DNA of 64,000 nt from Mustelus asterias (GCF_964213995.1 NC_135830.1:4588001-4652000); one strand, 5' to 3'. Positions 26,191-39,503 are shown, numbered from the stretch's first letter. Made by a program: numbers and translations. The notes: a model not told the origin generated them from the sequence alone.

Positions 26191-26836
26191 TGCACATGAT
26201 GAGGATTGCAGACACTCGGACATTATTGTTTGTTTAGTTATTGTTTCCATGGGGAATCATGTTATTTGGATTATTTTTGTTCTGGCATTCCTGGCAGTTC
26301 TATTGATTTGCAACCTTTTCTAACTTTATTTAATTTTAATGAAATATAACACGGTACAGGATCAGGTGATGCTCTATTTTAAGCAACGATCTGGAATGCA
26401 CTGTTGGAATGAAGGGTGAATATGGTCAACAGTAACGTTCAAACGGATAATTGCTCAGTGCTGGGGAAGGAAGACAATAGGGTCAACGCTCCAGAGCAAT
26501 GCATGGAGAGAGGAAATAATTAGATTGGACCTTTAAAAGGACAGTATCTAATCAAAGGCCGTATTTCATCCTTCAGCGCTGTATGATTCCATGAAGGATG
26601 TTATATTTTCAGGCAGTTACTATCAGCCTTTTTCTCTATTTTTTTATTTATTGAGTGAATTCAATTTTCTCCCTGCTTCTGGGATTTGAAATATCTACAG
26701 TTTCTATTATTTTGATTCCTACTTTGACTTTTTGGTGGTTGGGGTTCTTGCAATCGCGGGAACTTGTCTCAAAGTCTCTCAGTTGTCGTTTGGGATCAGA
26801 ATGTTCAGCTTCCGCAGTGGTTTTATTGTTACTCAC

Positions 26837-26947
26837 TGGGTGCTGCCTCTTCCGGCTCTCTGACAATTTCAATTATTTCTGTCCATCAAATCATCCTCTC
26901 CCGGGACTCTGGGCAGAGTATTCTCTAAGTTGTACATTGTACTGAAG
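26837..26947 (-). pseudogene. Degenerate paralog of the 22271-22378 exon (xSVQCTT*RILCPES...EPEEAAP)
   Basis: ccctcttctgcag acceptor and CCA|gtgagt donor. Contains an in-frame stop and indels. Intron homology continues to about 26690 versus 22515. Confidence 0.5.
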
Positions 26948-27052
26948 CTGCAGAAGAGGGATCGGTCATTCAGTTCAACAGATTCATGTCCGTTTATACT
27001 CCATACCATTCAGCACCCACCAGTAATCTAATTGCCCATTTCACACACCCTG

Positions 27053-27611
27053 TATAGAACATAGAACATAGAACAACTACAGCACAAACAGGCCCTTCGG
27101 CCCACAAGTCGCGCCGAAACACATCCCTACCTTCGAGACCTACCTATAACCCTCCATCCTATTAAGCTCCATGTACTCATCCAGGAGTCTCTTAAAAGAC
27201 CCTATTGAGTTCGCCTCCACCACCACTGACGGCAGCCGATTCCACTTGCCCACCACCTTCTGTGTGAAAAATCTCCCCCTAACATCTCGCCTGTACCTAC
27301 CCCCCAGCACCTTAAACCTGTGTCCTCTCGTAGCAGACAGTTCCACCCTGGGAAAAAGCCTCTGAGAGTCCACCCGATCTACGCCTCTCAACATCTTATA
27401 CACCTCTATTCAGTCTCCTCTCATCCTACGTCTCTCCAAGAAGAAAAGACCGAGTTCCCTCGGCCTATCCTCATAAGGCATGCCACTCAATCTAGGCACC
27501 ATCCTTGTAAATCTCCTCTGCACCCTTTCAATCTTTTCCACATCCTTCCTATAGTGAGGCGACCAGAACTGAGCACAGTACTCCAAGTGGGGTCTGACGA
27601 GGGTCTTATAT
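27053..27611 (-). mobile_element. CR1 3' fragment
   Basis: ORF 27140-27403 RT C-terminus and agaacat-repeat tail. Related to 24207-24965. Confidence 0.9.
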
Positions 27612-28453
27612 AGACCTGTATTGGTCTATCGTTTCAAACGTACCCATAAATGTATCAGTACACCCTGGTCCAAACACACGGGGTGGCAACAAGTTCTAAA
27701 TTCTGACGTCTCTTTGTTTAAATTCCTTCATTTTAATACCTTTTAATAACGTTTCTGTTCAAGACGATAACATGTTCATGGCCCAATTCTCTGGAGACTA
27801 CCCACAAATAAACAATAGCTCCACAATCACCCCATTGAACCCATTCATATTTTAAATCATGTCTGCACATCCTCCTCCTGGTTCTCCATTCTCCAAAGAG
27901 AGACTCAGCACGTTACACCTTTCAGTGAGATGTGGATTGTTGCTGATTTCTTTACTTATATGTGCATAACGAGAGTCGGACAATTCTAACTGATAGAAGT
28001 AGGAGCGGTCCGCTCAATTTACGAAGCTGCTCTGCCATTCAGGAATGACGTGGATGATCTATTACTTCACCAACAACTTTCTGCATTGCCCTCACAATCC
28101 TTGGATTATTTTAATAATCAACTATCAATCGAATACAGCCTTGCATACACCCTGCAATGACAATCCACAACTCTCTGTGGGATAGAGTCTACAGATTCAC
28201 AACAGTGGTTTGATTGAAGACATTCCTCTCTTCTGGTTTCAAATGTCTGTACCCTTATTCTGAAACTGTGACGTCAAGTTATAAACTCCAAAGATTGGAT
28301 ATATCGACCACATATCTGTTCTATCAACAACTTAATAATATTTTATGTTTCAATGAGTGTACCTCTAATTCCTCCCAATTCTAGGATTAAAGGCCCGGGC
28401 TACTCAATTTATTCACATTGAGCAATCCTGTTATCTGAAAACTCGGTACTCAC

Positions 28454-28481
28454 TCAGGGTGAAAACAAGGAGGATTCCCAT
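28454..28481 (-). CDS. Candidate signal-peptide first coding exon (MGILLVFTL) of an unidentified, probably dead gene
   Basis: ATG at 28481 and phase-1 donor A|gtgagt. Preceded by acceptor tcatttgttccag (28493) and an upstream donor GAG|gtgagt (28558). Phase-compatible with the 26947 exon, giving MGILLVFTLTSVQC. Confidence 0.4.
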
Positions 28482-30096
28482 CGTTCTGCTGCCTGGAACA
28501 AATGATAAGATGACCGGGAGCTGGAGACTGCAGACCTGCGCTTCTCTGGGAGACTCACCTCAGAGCTGCAATGAAATACTTCAAACCCTGGCACTGGTAA
28601 CTTGTGCCAAAGCCAAAGTTCACAACAAAAAAAAACTTGAGGATTAAAATGCGACGCTCATCTGTTAATATTCAGTCCATTATCCACGACCGCTATTTCT
28701 GCCTTGGAGCTCCCAGAACCATTTTGCCACCGCACCGCCACCCACCCCCCACCCCCCCACGCCACCCCCCCCCTCCCACCCCCTGGCTGTTGCGACCCGC
28801 ATTTTTGGAGTATTCTATGGTCTGTAGTTGAGTGGAAGAGGGCCGTGCTCACGAGATCTTTGATGGGGTGGACGGATCTGCAGTTTCTTATGCTGTATTG
28901 TGTGAATGACGGTCAGGTTTAATGAGTGAGCTGACATTCATCGCTTCGTTGGATCTGTGGGCTGCGTTTCAAAATCCCACCCACGTTAGTCTGCTGTACA
29001 GGAGATAGGAGATGGCGTCGTTGTGTCAGTGGAAGCTCCCACCCTCTTTTCCCCGCTGTCGTGAGTTGGGAGATCGGTCAATGTGATTTTATTGGATGGT
29101 ATTATTTCCGCTCTTATTTCTGTCGTGCCCCGTTCCTTTAGCAACACCCTGGGGGGGTTTGCGGGAACTCAGTTAAATGTTCGAGCAGAATGCCAAAGCC
29201 TCAGAACACGCAGCTTCCCTCAGTCCAGAAACTGGTGATCAGGTTACAATATCACACCTTCCACTGACAACATCCACGCATTAATTTACCACATACACAG
29301 CGATTCCTACACCATCGATATTGTCTAAATTAGATTATTGTGTGCACCATATTTGATTGATGATTTGAGGATCTTGTGCCAGATGCGGGCCTCCATTAAA
29401 ATGTACCAACGATGAGAAACTTTAGTTTTGTGGAAAGATTGGAGAAAGTGGGAATCTTCGCCATCGAACAAAGAAGTTTGAGATAATATTTGATTAATAT
29501 TGACAGTTATTCTCGTTGAATAAATAAGGAAACATGGCACCTAATGGCAGAAGGTTTGTCACCAGATGACTTACATTGAAAGGAATGGCATTTGAGAAAG
29601 AACCAGCGGCAATTTGAGCAGGCATTTGCTTTACAATGTGATTTGTTGTCATATGGAATATACTCAGAAAGACTTGTGGAAGAAGATTTAATAGTAAATG
29701 TCAACAGTGAATTGGACAACTAAAGCCATGGAAACATTAGCAAGGCAGTCGTGTAGGCACAGTGGAATGATAATAAATTGGTAACTGTGCAAAAGTGGCC
29801 ACCAAGACACGATGTGCTGAATGATATCCTTCTGTAATTGAATGATGAAGGAAGGGGAGCATAAGTTCCAGATGTTCCCAGTATCTAAAAATATTTCCGT
29901 TTTCTGAGCAGTTACTGTTCGAAGTTCCGTGCTATTTTTACGCAAATAATCAAAGTTTGCCGTCAGCAGCCTGTTTGCAGAAATAATTTATGGTGTTGCC
30001 CGATTCACACTGCACAGACAGCCACAGGTATCATCCAGCTCTGGTACCGATAAAAACACTACAGGAGGCGCTGAGGTGTTTTGTGGGAGAAGTCAA

Positions 30097-30432
30097 AGAA
30101 TCATAGAATCCCTCCAGTGCAGAAAGAGGCCATTTATCTCATCCAGTCTGCACCGACCACAATCCCACCCAGTCCCTGCCCCCATATGCCTACATATTTA
30201 CCCACTAATCTCTCTAACCTACGCATCTCAGGACACTAAGGGGCAATTTTAGCATAGCCAGTCAACCTAACCCGCACATCCTTGGACTGTGGGAGAAAAC
30301 CGGAGCACCCGGAGGAAACACACGCAGACACGGGGAGAATGTGCAAACTCCACACAGACAGTGACCCAAGCCGGGAATCGAATCGAGGGGCTATGCCGCA
30401 GCAGTGCTAACCATTGTGCTACCGTGCCGCCC
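30097..30432 (-). mobile_element. HE1/V-SINE-type SINE
   Basis: Reverse complement of the head ggcggcacggtagcacaatggttagcactgc, the core, and a (ATTCTATG)-like tail. Confidence 0.9.
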
Positions 30433-31524
30433 GACTGGCAGCTGGTTTTCTTCAGCCCACTAAGTATCGGGTTGTTTCTTCGGTTTGACGCTGAAGATGT
30501 ATATCTGGGAGACGTGGGAAGTTTCAAATTGTGCTGAATATTCAGTTATACAGATTGACAGTGCAGAAACTATCTTTGGATTGTAATATAACCTGAGTGA
30601 TGGAAGTTCAGTGTGTGAACAGCGTATCTGCCCCCTCTGGCAGCTGCAGAAACGGGCTGAGTGATTGTATTCGGATTTTCAAGAAAATCTGATTGCCAAG
30701 ATGTTTACAATTGCAAAAAGATATCTTCTGAACAAAAATGTAGAAATAGTACTTAATGTCTGGTTTAAAAACAAAGCTGCTGAATGTCAATATGAGATAG
30801 GCACTCAGTGGATTCTATAATCACTGAATCGGAGAATTGTGCAGGTTGGATGGAATCACTTGTCCATCGTGCCATTAATGTCATTTAAAGAGCTATTGGA
30901 TTTTGTTCCTGAAGCCTCCTTTTTGTCGACAGCTCTGAAGATCCCACCCCCAAACCCCATCAGTTTATGCAATTCCCTTTTGAAGATTTCCAGTGAATCT
31001 TCAATGACATATTCCATACTAAAGTAGTATAGTTTAACAACGTTCTATTTATCTCCCTTCAGGATATTTTAACAATTATTGTAAACCTTGGAACTGTTCT
31101 TTGGAAACAGTTTTGCCTTACTCTCTCAAAGTTCAATGTTAATTTGAATTAGATTCCCCATTCACCATCATGGATTAAAGGAGAACAATTACAGATTCTC
31201 TAGTCTCTCTGTGCAACTGAAATCCGTCATTTCCTGACATCATTCCAGTCAACATCTTCTTTGAACTCTCCAAGACCCTCATATCCCTTCTTCTACGTAC
31301 TGACCAGAATGAGACACAATTCCTCAGTTCAATGACGTGTAAAATTTTAACATAGCTTCCTTACTTTTGTACTATTTCTCAAATTATAGACAAACATCCT
31401 CTGCGGATTATGAACAATTTTATAATCTGCTCATCCCAGTGATATCCATGTGTGCCTGCATTCATTCTGTTGCGGCACACGTTTAAAATAGTCGCGTTTA
31501 GTTTACGTTGCATCGCCTGATTAG

Positions 31525-32490
31525 CGTCATAGGTAGAGTCATAGAGGTTTACAACATGGAAACAGGCCCTTCGGCTCAACTTGCCCATGCCGCCCTTTTT
31601 TTAAACCCCCGAGCTAATCCCAATTGACCGCATTTGGCCCATATCCCTCGATACCCATCGTACCCATGTAACTATCTAAATTATTTTTAAAAGACAAAAT
31701 TGTACTCACCTCCACTACTACCGCTGGAAGCTTGTTCCAGACATTCACCACTCTCTGTGTGAAAACATTGCCCCTCTAGACACTTTTGCATCGCTCCACT
31801 CTCACCTTAAACCCATGCCCTCTAATTTTAGACTCCCCTACCTTTGGGAAAATATATTGACTATCTTGCTGATCTGTGCCCCTCATTATTTTATCGATCT
31901 TTATAAGATCACCCATCAACCTCCTACGCTTCAGAGAAAAAAGTCCCTATCTATCCAGCCTCTCCTTCTAACTCAATCCATCAAGATCCGATAGCATCCT
32001 AGTAAATCTTTTCTGCACTCTTTCTCGTTTAATAATACCCTTTCTATAATAGGGTGACCTGAATTGCACACAGTATTCCAAGTGTGGCCTTACCAATGGC
32101 TTGTACAACTTCCACAAGACGTCCCAACTCCTGCATTCAATGTCTGACAGATGAAACCAAACATGCCGAATGCCTTCTTCGCCACTCTGTCCACCTGTGA
32201 CTCCACTTTCAAGCAGCTATGAACATGTACCCCTCGATCTCTTTGTTCGGTAACTCTCCCCAACGCCATACCATTCACTGAGTAAGTCCTACCCTGGTTC
32301 AATCTACCAAAATGCATCACCTTGCATGTGTCTAAATTAAACTCCATCTGCCATTCGTCAGCCCACTGGCCCAATTGATCAAGATCCCGCTGCAATTGGA
32401 GATAACTTTCTTCTCTGTCCACTATGCCACCAATCCTGACGTCACCTGCAAACTTACTAACCATGCCTCCTATATTCTCGTCCTAATTAT
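31525..32490 (-). mobile_element. CR1 3' fragment
   Basis: VSKFAGD..WQMEFN RT peptides and ctatgact tail. Same subfamily as the outer copy at 23443-25432. Confidence 0.9.
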
Positions 32491-33152
32491 TAATATTAAG
32501 GACGTAATATGAATTCCTTCTCCCAAATTTGTCTTTCACACATCACTGCATTAGGTTCCGTTTGCTTCGTGTCTCTTCATAACCAAAGGATATGGGGAAG
32601 ACAGGATCAGTCTACTGAGTTGCACGAACTGCCTTTATCATAATGAATATCGCAGCAGTCTCTCAGGTCCGAATGGACTCTCCTGCTCATATTTTCTATT
32701 TTTATATGTTTCTAGAATCTGTGTATATCCTTCTGAATCTTACTACTTTCCTGCTCAGTGTTTCACACTCTGAATTCCAAATCTCAAAGTGTTGAAATTA
32801 TCTCTTTTTTAGAAGTTGGAGTTATTTTTCTGCACCATAAGGAGTAGTGGTCCTAATATTGACTCCAGGTAACATCATTGTATATTCTACTGCAGACACA
32901 ATAACCATCGTTCACGACCTCTCACTTCTTTCTGTTTGTTATCCAATATAATAATCGCACTGTTGCTATCCCTTTAATACACGTGGCGCAGCTTCTGAAC
33001 AACTTCATTGAATGAGACTTGATCAAACGTCATTCATAACAAACCAGCACCTTCGTATTTATATACCCTTTGTTACTTAGACAATGAACTACATTGAGTT
33101 TACCAGATATGTATTTCCATTATCATATTCGTTCTTTTGCTCGTTTATGTTT

Positions 33153-34165
33153 TTGATTTGATTTGATTTGATTTATTATTGTCACGTGCATTTGTATACA
33201 GTGAGCAGTATAGTTTCCTGTGTGTTTTACAGACAAGCATACCGTATATAGGGGATGAAAGTAGAGAGTGCAGAATGTATTGCTCCGGTCATAACTTGGA
33301 CGTCGAGAAATGTCAACTTAATGCGAGGTAGCTCCAATCAAAAGTCTCATCGCAGTCGGGAAGAAGCTGTTTTTGAGCTGTTGGTATGTGATCTCAGACT
33401 TCTGTATCTTTTTCCCCGAGGAAAAAGATGGAGGAGAGGATGTCCAGCGTGCGAGATGTCCTTGATTATGCTGGCTGCTTTTCTGAAGCATTGGAACGCG
33501 CAGACAGAGGCAATGGATGGGAGTCTGGTTTTAGTGATGGACTGGGCTTCATTCACAACCCTTTGTATTTTCTTGCGTTCTTGGACAGGGCAGATAAAAC
33601 CAGAAAGAATGCTTTCTATGGCGCATCTGTAGAAATTGGTGAGAGTTGTAGCGGACATGCCAGATTTCCTGAGTCTGCTCAGAAAGTAGAGGCTTTGGTG
33701 GGATTTCTTAACCATAACTTTAGCATGCAGGGAACAGGACAGGTTGTTGATGATCTGGATACCTAAAACCTTGAAGCTGTCAACCATTTCTACTTCGTTC
33801 CCATTGATTAGATAGGGGCATGCCCACCAACATGCTTCCTGAAGTCGATGACTATCTCCTTCATTTTGTTAACGTTGAAGGAGAGACTATTGTCGTCACA
33901 CCAGTTCACCAGATTCTCTATCACTTTCCTGTACTGTGTCTCATCATTGTTTGAGATCAGCCCCACAACGGTGGTGTCATAAGCAATCCTGAAAATCGAG
34001 TTGGATGTGGAATTTGGCCACACAGTCAAAGGTATATAAGGAGTATAGTGAGGGGCTGAGGATACTGCCTTGCGGAGCACCGGTGTTGAGGATAATAATG
34101 GAGTTGGTGTTTTTGCCTATCCATACTGACTGCGGTTTGCGGGTTAGGAAGTCTCGGATTTAAAC
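33153..34165 (-). mobile_element. Rex1/Babar-type LINE RT fragment
   Basis: YDTTVVGLISNNDE..KEIVIDFRK and LYFLSRLRK..FYRCAIESIL peptides, with an (AAATC)n tail. Confidence 0.8.
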
Positions 34166-34677
34166 CAAGAAGCAAATGTTTCTGTCCCCTGTTGTGGCCT
34201 CTCGTGATTTCTTCATGGCTAATATTGCTCTGACACATTTTCAGTTCCCGGTTTTATCCCTTTCTTCTTTTTAAAGCAAGTTGGAGCATTTCCAATCCTC
34301 CATTCCTCTGACACCACTCCCATATTCATTGAGGATGGAGTGATTATGGAACGTCCCACCCTACCATTATTTCCATTATTCCTGCCGTTAGCGATGCTCC
34401 TGCGTGCTATCGAGATGGCATATGCATTCTACGATATTATTATATGAAGAACTTTTGGATTGAAAGGAGTTAACAGAACTTGTTTGTTCAGTCAATGTAA
34501 CTAATGTCAGTCTCAATGGAACCGAAATGTGGCACCAGGGGGGTTCCCATTTCTATTGGTAAGGGACCTCTTTCAGCACAATAGCGTGAGCGGGTGCATC
34601 ACCTCCAACATTGAAAGAGATTAGCAGCTCCAGAGAGAAGAGCAGAAGAGATCAGAATCTGAGAGCAATAGATTGAA

Positions 34678-34900
34678 ATGGAGACAAATCTGAGAACAAT
34701 GGGTTGCAATGTTACAACAGTGGATCAGAATCTGAGAACCGTCGGTTGCAATGTTACAACAGTGGATCGGAGTTTATCCCTGGCACTTTTCATGCTTAAT
34801 CAGGATTGGATGCCATTAACATTAGCATTGTGGATCGAAAATATAGTTCTCGTTATTCAAGCAGGTTACTATCCCATTTTGGCAATTGTTGGTGTCCCCG
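34678..34900 (+). CDS. GPR139/142-like GPCR-3 exon 1 (repeat-containing N-terminus plus start of TM1)
   Basis: Ends YYPILAIVGVP with phase-1 donor CCG|gtaagt at 34901. Splices in frame to 38602 (374 aa if ATG 34678 is used; the start codon is uncertain). Confidence 0.85.
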
Positions 34901-35035
34901 GTAAGTCTCCTGATGCAATTTGTTATTCCATAAACAATGTTTACTTATTTTTGTTCTTTTCACATAGATTTTGGGAAAAATGAAGTAATTTTCTTCAAAT
35001 CTATTCATCATGATTGTTATTTGCCAACTCAGTAA

Positions 35036-36840
35036 TAAGAACATAAGAACATAAGAACTAAGAGCAGGAGTAAGCTACCTGGCCCTTCGAACCTGCTCCG
35101 CCATTCAATGAGATCATGGCTGGTATTTTGTGGACTCAGCCCCACTTACCCGCCCACTCATCATAACCCTTATTTCCTTTACTGTTCAAAAATGTATCTA
35201 TCCTTGCCTCAAAAACATTAATTGAGACAGCCTCAACTGCTTCACTGGACAGAGAGTTCCACAGATTCACAACCCTTTGGGTGAAGAAGCGCCTCCTCAA
35301 CTCAGTCCTAAACCTGCTCCCTCTTGTTTTGTGGCCATGTCCCCGAGTTCTACTTTCACCCGCCAGTGGAAACAACTTCCCTGCTTCTATCTTATCTATT
35401 CCCTTCATAATCTTACATGTTTCTATCAGATCTCCCATCAATCTTCTGAATTCCAATGAGTATAGCCCCAGTCTACTCACTCTCCCCTCATATGCCAATC
35501 CTCTCAACTCCGGAATCAACCTTTACCTTATCCAGCAGCCTTTGGTGCGGCACCTTGTCAAATGCCTTCCAGAAATCCACATACACCACACCCATAGGTT
35601 CCCCATTGTCCACTGCGCACGTAATGTTCTCAAAGAATTCAACCAAATTAGTCAGGCATGACCTGCCCTTCATGAACTCATGCTGTGTCTTCCCAATAGG
35701 ACAATTGATATTCAGATGTCTCGCTATTTCTTCCTTGATGATAGATTAAATACCTTTCCATGCTGCAGACGTTAGGCTAACCAGCCTATACTTACCCCCC
35801 TTTTGTCTACCTCCTTTCTTAAACCGTAGCCTCACATTTGCTGTTTTCTGCTGGAACCACCCCAGAGTCCAGCGAATTTTGGTAAATTACCACTAGCACA
35901 TTTGCTATTTCCCCTGACATCTCTTTTAGTACGTGGGATACATTCCTTCAGGGCCAGGAGACTTGACTACTTGTAGCCCCATTTGCTTGCCCAACGCTAC
36001 CTCTTTAGTGATAATGATAGTTTCTGGACACTGTGATAGCCTTCTTGTCATCAATTATTGTCATGTTATTTGTGTCTTCCACTGTGAAGGGGAACACAAA
36101 ATACCTGTTCATTGCCTCAGCCATTTCCTCATTGCCAGTTATTACATCTCCCTTCTCATCCTCTGAGGGACTGATGTTTAGTTTAGCCACTTTTTTTCGT
36201 TTTAGATATTTGCAGAAATGTTTGCTATCTCTTTTGATATTCTGAGCTTGTTTACTCTCATAATCCATCTTACTTCGCTTTATAGCTTTTTTCGTGACTA
36301 TCTGTTGACCTTTAAAGATTTCCCAATCCTCTCGGTTCCCACTAATCTTTGCCAATTTGTATGCATTTTCTTTCAATCTGACACCCACTTTATTCCCCTA
36401 GATATCCATGGCTGATTATCTATTTTTCTATGGTCCTTCCTTATCACTAGTATAAATATTTGCTCAGCACTGTGAAAAATCGCTTTGAAGATCCTCCACT
36501 GTTCCTCAATTGTCCCACAATAAAGTTTTTGTTCTTCGGCTTCCTGAGCCAAATCCTCCCTTATCCCAATGTAGACTCATTTGTTTAAACACAAGATACT
36601 GGTATTGGATTTTACCTTGTCACGCTCCATCTGTACTTTAAATTCAACCATACTGTGATCGCTTCTTCCGAGAGGAACCCTAACTGTAAGATCATTAATT
36701 ATTCCTGCCTCATTGCACAGGACCAGATTTAGGATAGCTTGCTCCCTCGCAGGTTCCATTACATACTGTTGAAACAAGCTATCGCGGATGCATTCTATGA
36801 AATCCTCCACAAGGCTGCCTTGATCAACCTGTTTTGAACA
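35036..36840 (-). mobile_element. CR1 ORF2 fragment with internal deletion in the GPCR-3 intron
   Basis: GRSCLTNLVEFFE and DFWKAFDKVPH peptides, with a taagaaca-repeat tail. Confidence 0.88.
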
Positions 36841-37249
36841 ATTTTAATGTTATCCTAGCCATATTACTCCAGTTCCACATATTCATGAACGACAGGTCAA
36901 CAAAAACTGTCTGCATCTTAACACACAATTTGTGCTAACCATTGTTCCTCTGCTCTCCTACAATGGTTTCCTTTCAGGAGAAATTCATTTTTAATATTTT
37001 CATGCTTGTAGTTAAATTCTTCAATGGCTCCATCCCAGCAAAGAATCCCGATTGCCCTTTCCATTCCCCATATTCCAGCAAACGGTTACTTATCCTTTTG
37101 CTTATGGATCCTGTTATGTTGCGAGAAAGTTAATGACGCTGCTGTGGATGGGTTTCTGGAGGTTGCGTTGTGAGCTGTTGCATACACGCATTCCTGTCAG
37201 AGGATATTTTGACTCAGTGCTCGGAAACATATCTGAAATGCAGATTCAG

Positions 37250-37545
37250 TGCATCTCAGTATCCAACATGACCAACAAACGGAGCAAGCGCTGCAGAGAG
37301 GAGAAGCTCTGGAAAGTGCGAGATGGAGGGGAAACCAACCCCAGCTTTTACCAACCTCCACATTAACAAGGACCAGAACACCAAGCGTTGCTGATTCAAC
37401 AAGTCCATGGCCATTGATCTGTTCTGCCTCCTTGAAGAAGACGTGGAGCCTCATGTCAGCGTAAAACAGTGTTGTCCATGGCAACTAAGTTCACAGTTTC
37501 CGTCAACTTCTCTGGATGTGGAAATTTTCCAAACAGTGCATATGA
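37250..37545 (+). mobile_element. PIF/Harbinger transposase N-terminal remnant
   Basis: Broken frames give FNKSMAIDLFCLLEEDVEP and LSMATKFTVSVNFSGCGNF, resembling the HARBI1-type N-terminal region. Confidence 0.45.
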
Positions 37546-38601
37546 CATATCCATTCCCATTCACAGATTATTCTCTCAGCTCTGTCAGAAGCAAAGAAGT
37601 GGAAAACGGAGTGTTGGGCAGGACAACAAGCCGAACAGCTGAACAATAGTTAGCTTTTGAAATTGGGAGAGAAAAGATAAGTTTAAATCAAGATTAAAGT
37701 CAAAAATAAAAAAGGAATTGGAATCTGAGCAGGGCACAGTTAATGATTGTTGCAGCATGGTGCACAGATGTTAGAGTGGTATTGGAGCTGAAGTGTGGAC
37801 AGAATAATAGCTGCTGTGCACAGCAGGGGAAATGTTCTTAATGAACCAGCTCCCACAGCACATCAATTCTTTGTCGCTCAGCAGCATGCCCGTAAGTATT
37901 TACAGTTGACAGATCAGAATTCTCATCTAGTGGTTACTGAGGGTCGTATTCAACAATGTAAAATACCGCCTTGAATGCCGTTCTAATGTGCAGAAGGCAG
38001 GTAAAATCATACCCGAGCTCTTCAGAGTTTAAACTCGAGCCCACACCCAACACAGAGTTGGACATTCACCTTTATCTCGTCCCCGTTTTTCCCAGATGAA
38101 CATATGGTTGGACTTATGTGAGTATGAGCTTGTAGATTTCAAAACTGGAGAATAAATCCGACTCGTGTTGTACGGGTTTGATACACAAAGCCAGCGCATC
38201 ATCTGTCTATCTGTCCCTGCACCTGATTTCAAATTTGTCTCTTTAGTTATTAATGTCTTCCATGCTCTTTGCTTCAAACTCCATTGAATTATCGCACATC
38301 TGTCCTCTGCCCATAACAGAACGCCACCTCTTGCTCCTCCAGTTACCCATTGGCTAATCCTTTACTTCTGGTTCTCTCCATCACCTTTGCATGCCACATC
38401 ATTCTTGCCTCCCCTCTCTTCTCACATTTTGGTTATTTTTTCACATCTGCTTCTCCCAGACCTTCCTGTTTCTCCTTTCTGGTCTATTTATTTCAGTACA
38501 TCACAGGATGCAGGAGCACATCTCATTATTTATTCTACTCAAATGGCAACTTGTTCCGCAGCCTGATGTATAATTTTAGTGTTTATTTTCCTTCCTTTCA
38601 G

Positions 38602-39503
38602 CGAACGTAATAACGATTTTCATTCTCACGTGCAAAAAATGTGGTCTCTCCAAATGTGTTGCTTGTTATCTGGTGGCGATGTCAGTGGCGGATCTACTAG
38701 TCCTTATCCTTGACCTGATACTGAGACAAATTCCAGCAGTTTATGAGAAATCGTTTTATTTCCTGTATTCCATTCCCGTGTGCAATTTTCATGCTGTTCT
38801 GCTTTATACAGCTACTGACTGTTCAGTCTGGTTCACCGTTACTTTCACCTTTGATCGATTTGTGGCCATTTGTTGCCAGAAGCTGAAAAGTAAATATTGC
38901 AGCGAGAAAACGGCGGCTGTGGTTCTGGGAACAGTGTCAGCTCTGAGCTGTCTAAAGAACATTTTCTGGTGGTTTATGTTATTAGGTAGTTATACGTTGT
39001 TAAACGACCCCTGGTTTTGTGCTTACAGAAGATATATTCTGTTCTCTCCATTCTGGGTAACAATCGAATTCATCCACAACATTCTAACGCCGTGTATTCC
39101 ATTTGTCCTAATTCTGCTCCTGAATGTTTTCACAATCAGACACATTTTGGTGATGAGCAGGGCCCGCAGCAGACTGCGGTCTCACAGAAGTGAGGAAAAT
39201 TACAAAGATCCAGAGATGGAGAGTCGAAGGAAATCCATAATTTTAGTGTTGGTTATTTCAGTCAATTTCGTTCTTTTATGGTCAACGTTAATGATATTTT
39301 CCATATGGAGACGGATGCATGGTTTAGGATTTCGGTCTATGCACTTAGATTTTTACGTTCTGGAATTGGGCTTCATGACGCAGCTCCTGAGTTGCTGCAC
39401 AAACACTGGGATTTATGCCGTCACCCAAACTAAGTTCAGAGAGCAGTTGAAGAATGTGGTGAAAAACCCCTTCATTGTAATTGTCCAATTCATTCAAAAA
39501 TGA
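38602..39503 (+). CDS. GPR139/142-like GPCR-3 exon 2
   Basis: Acceptor ttccttcctttcag|CG. Open frame from NVITIFIL through AMSVADLL, FTFDRFVAIC, PWFC, DPEMESRRKSI and SCCTNTGIY to the stop. Confidence 0.93.
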
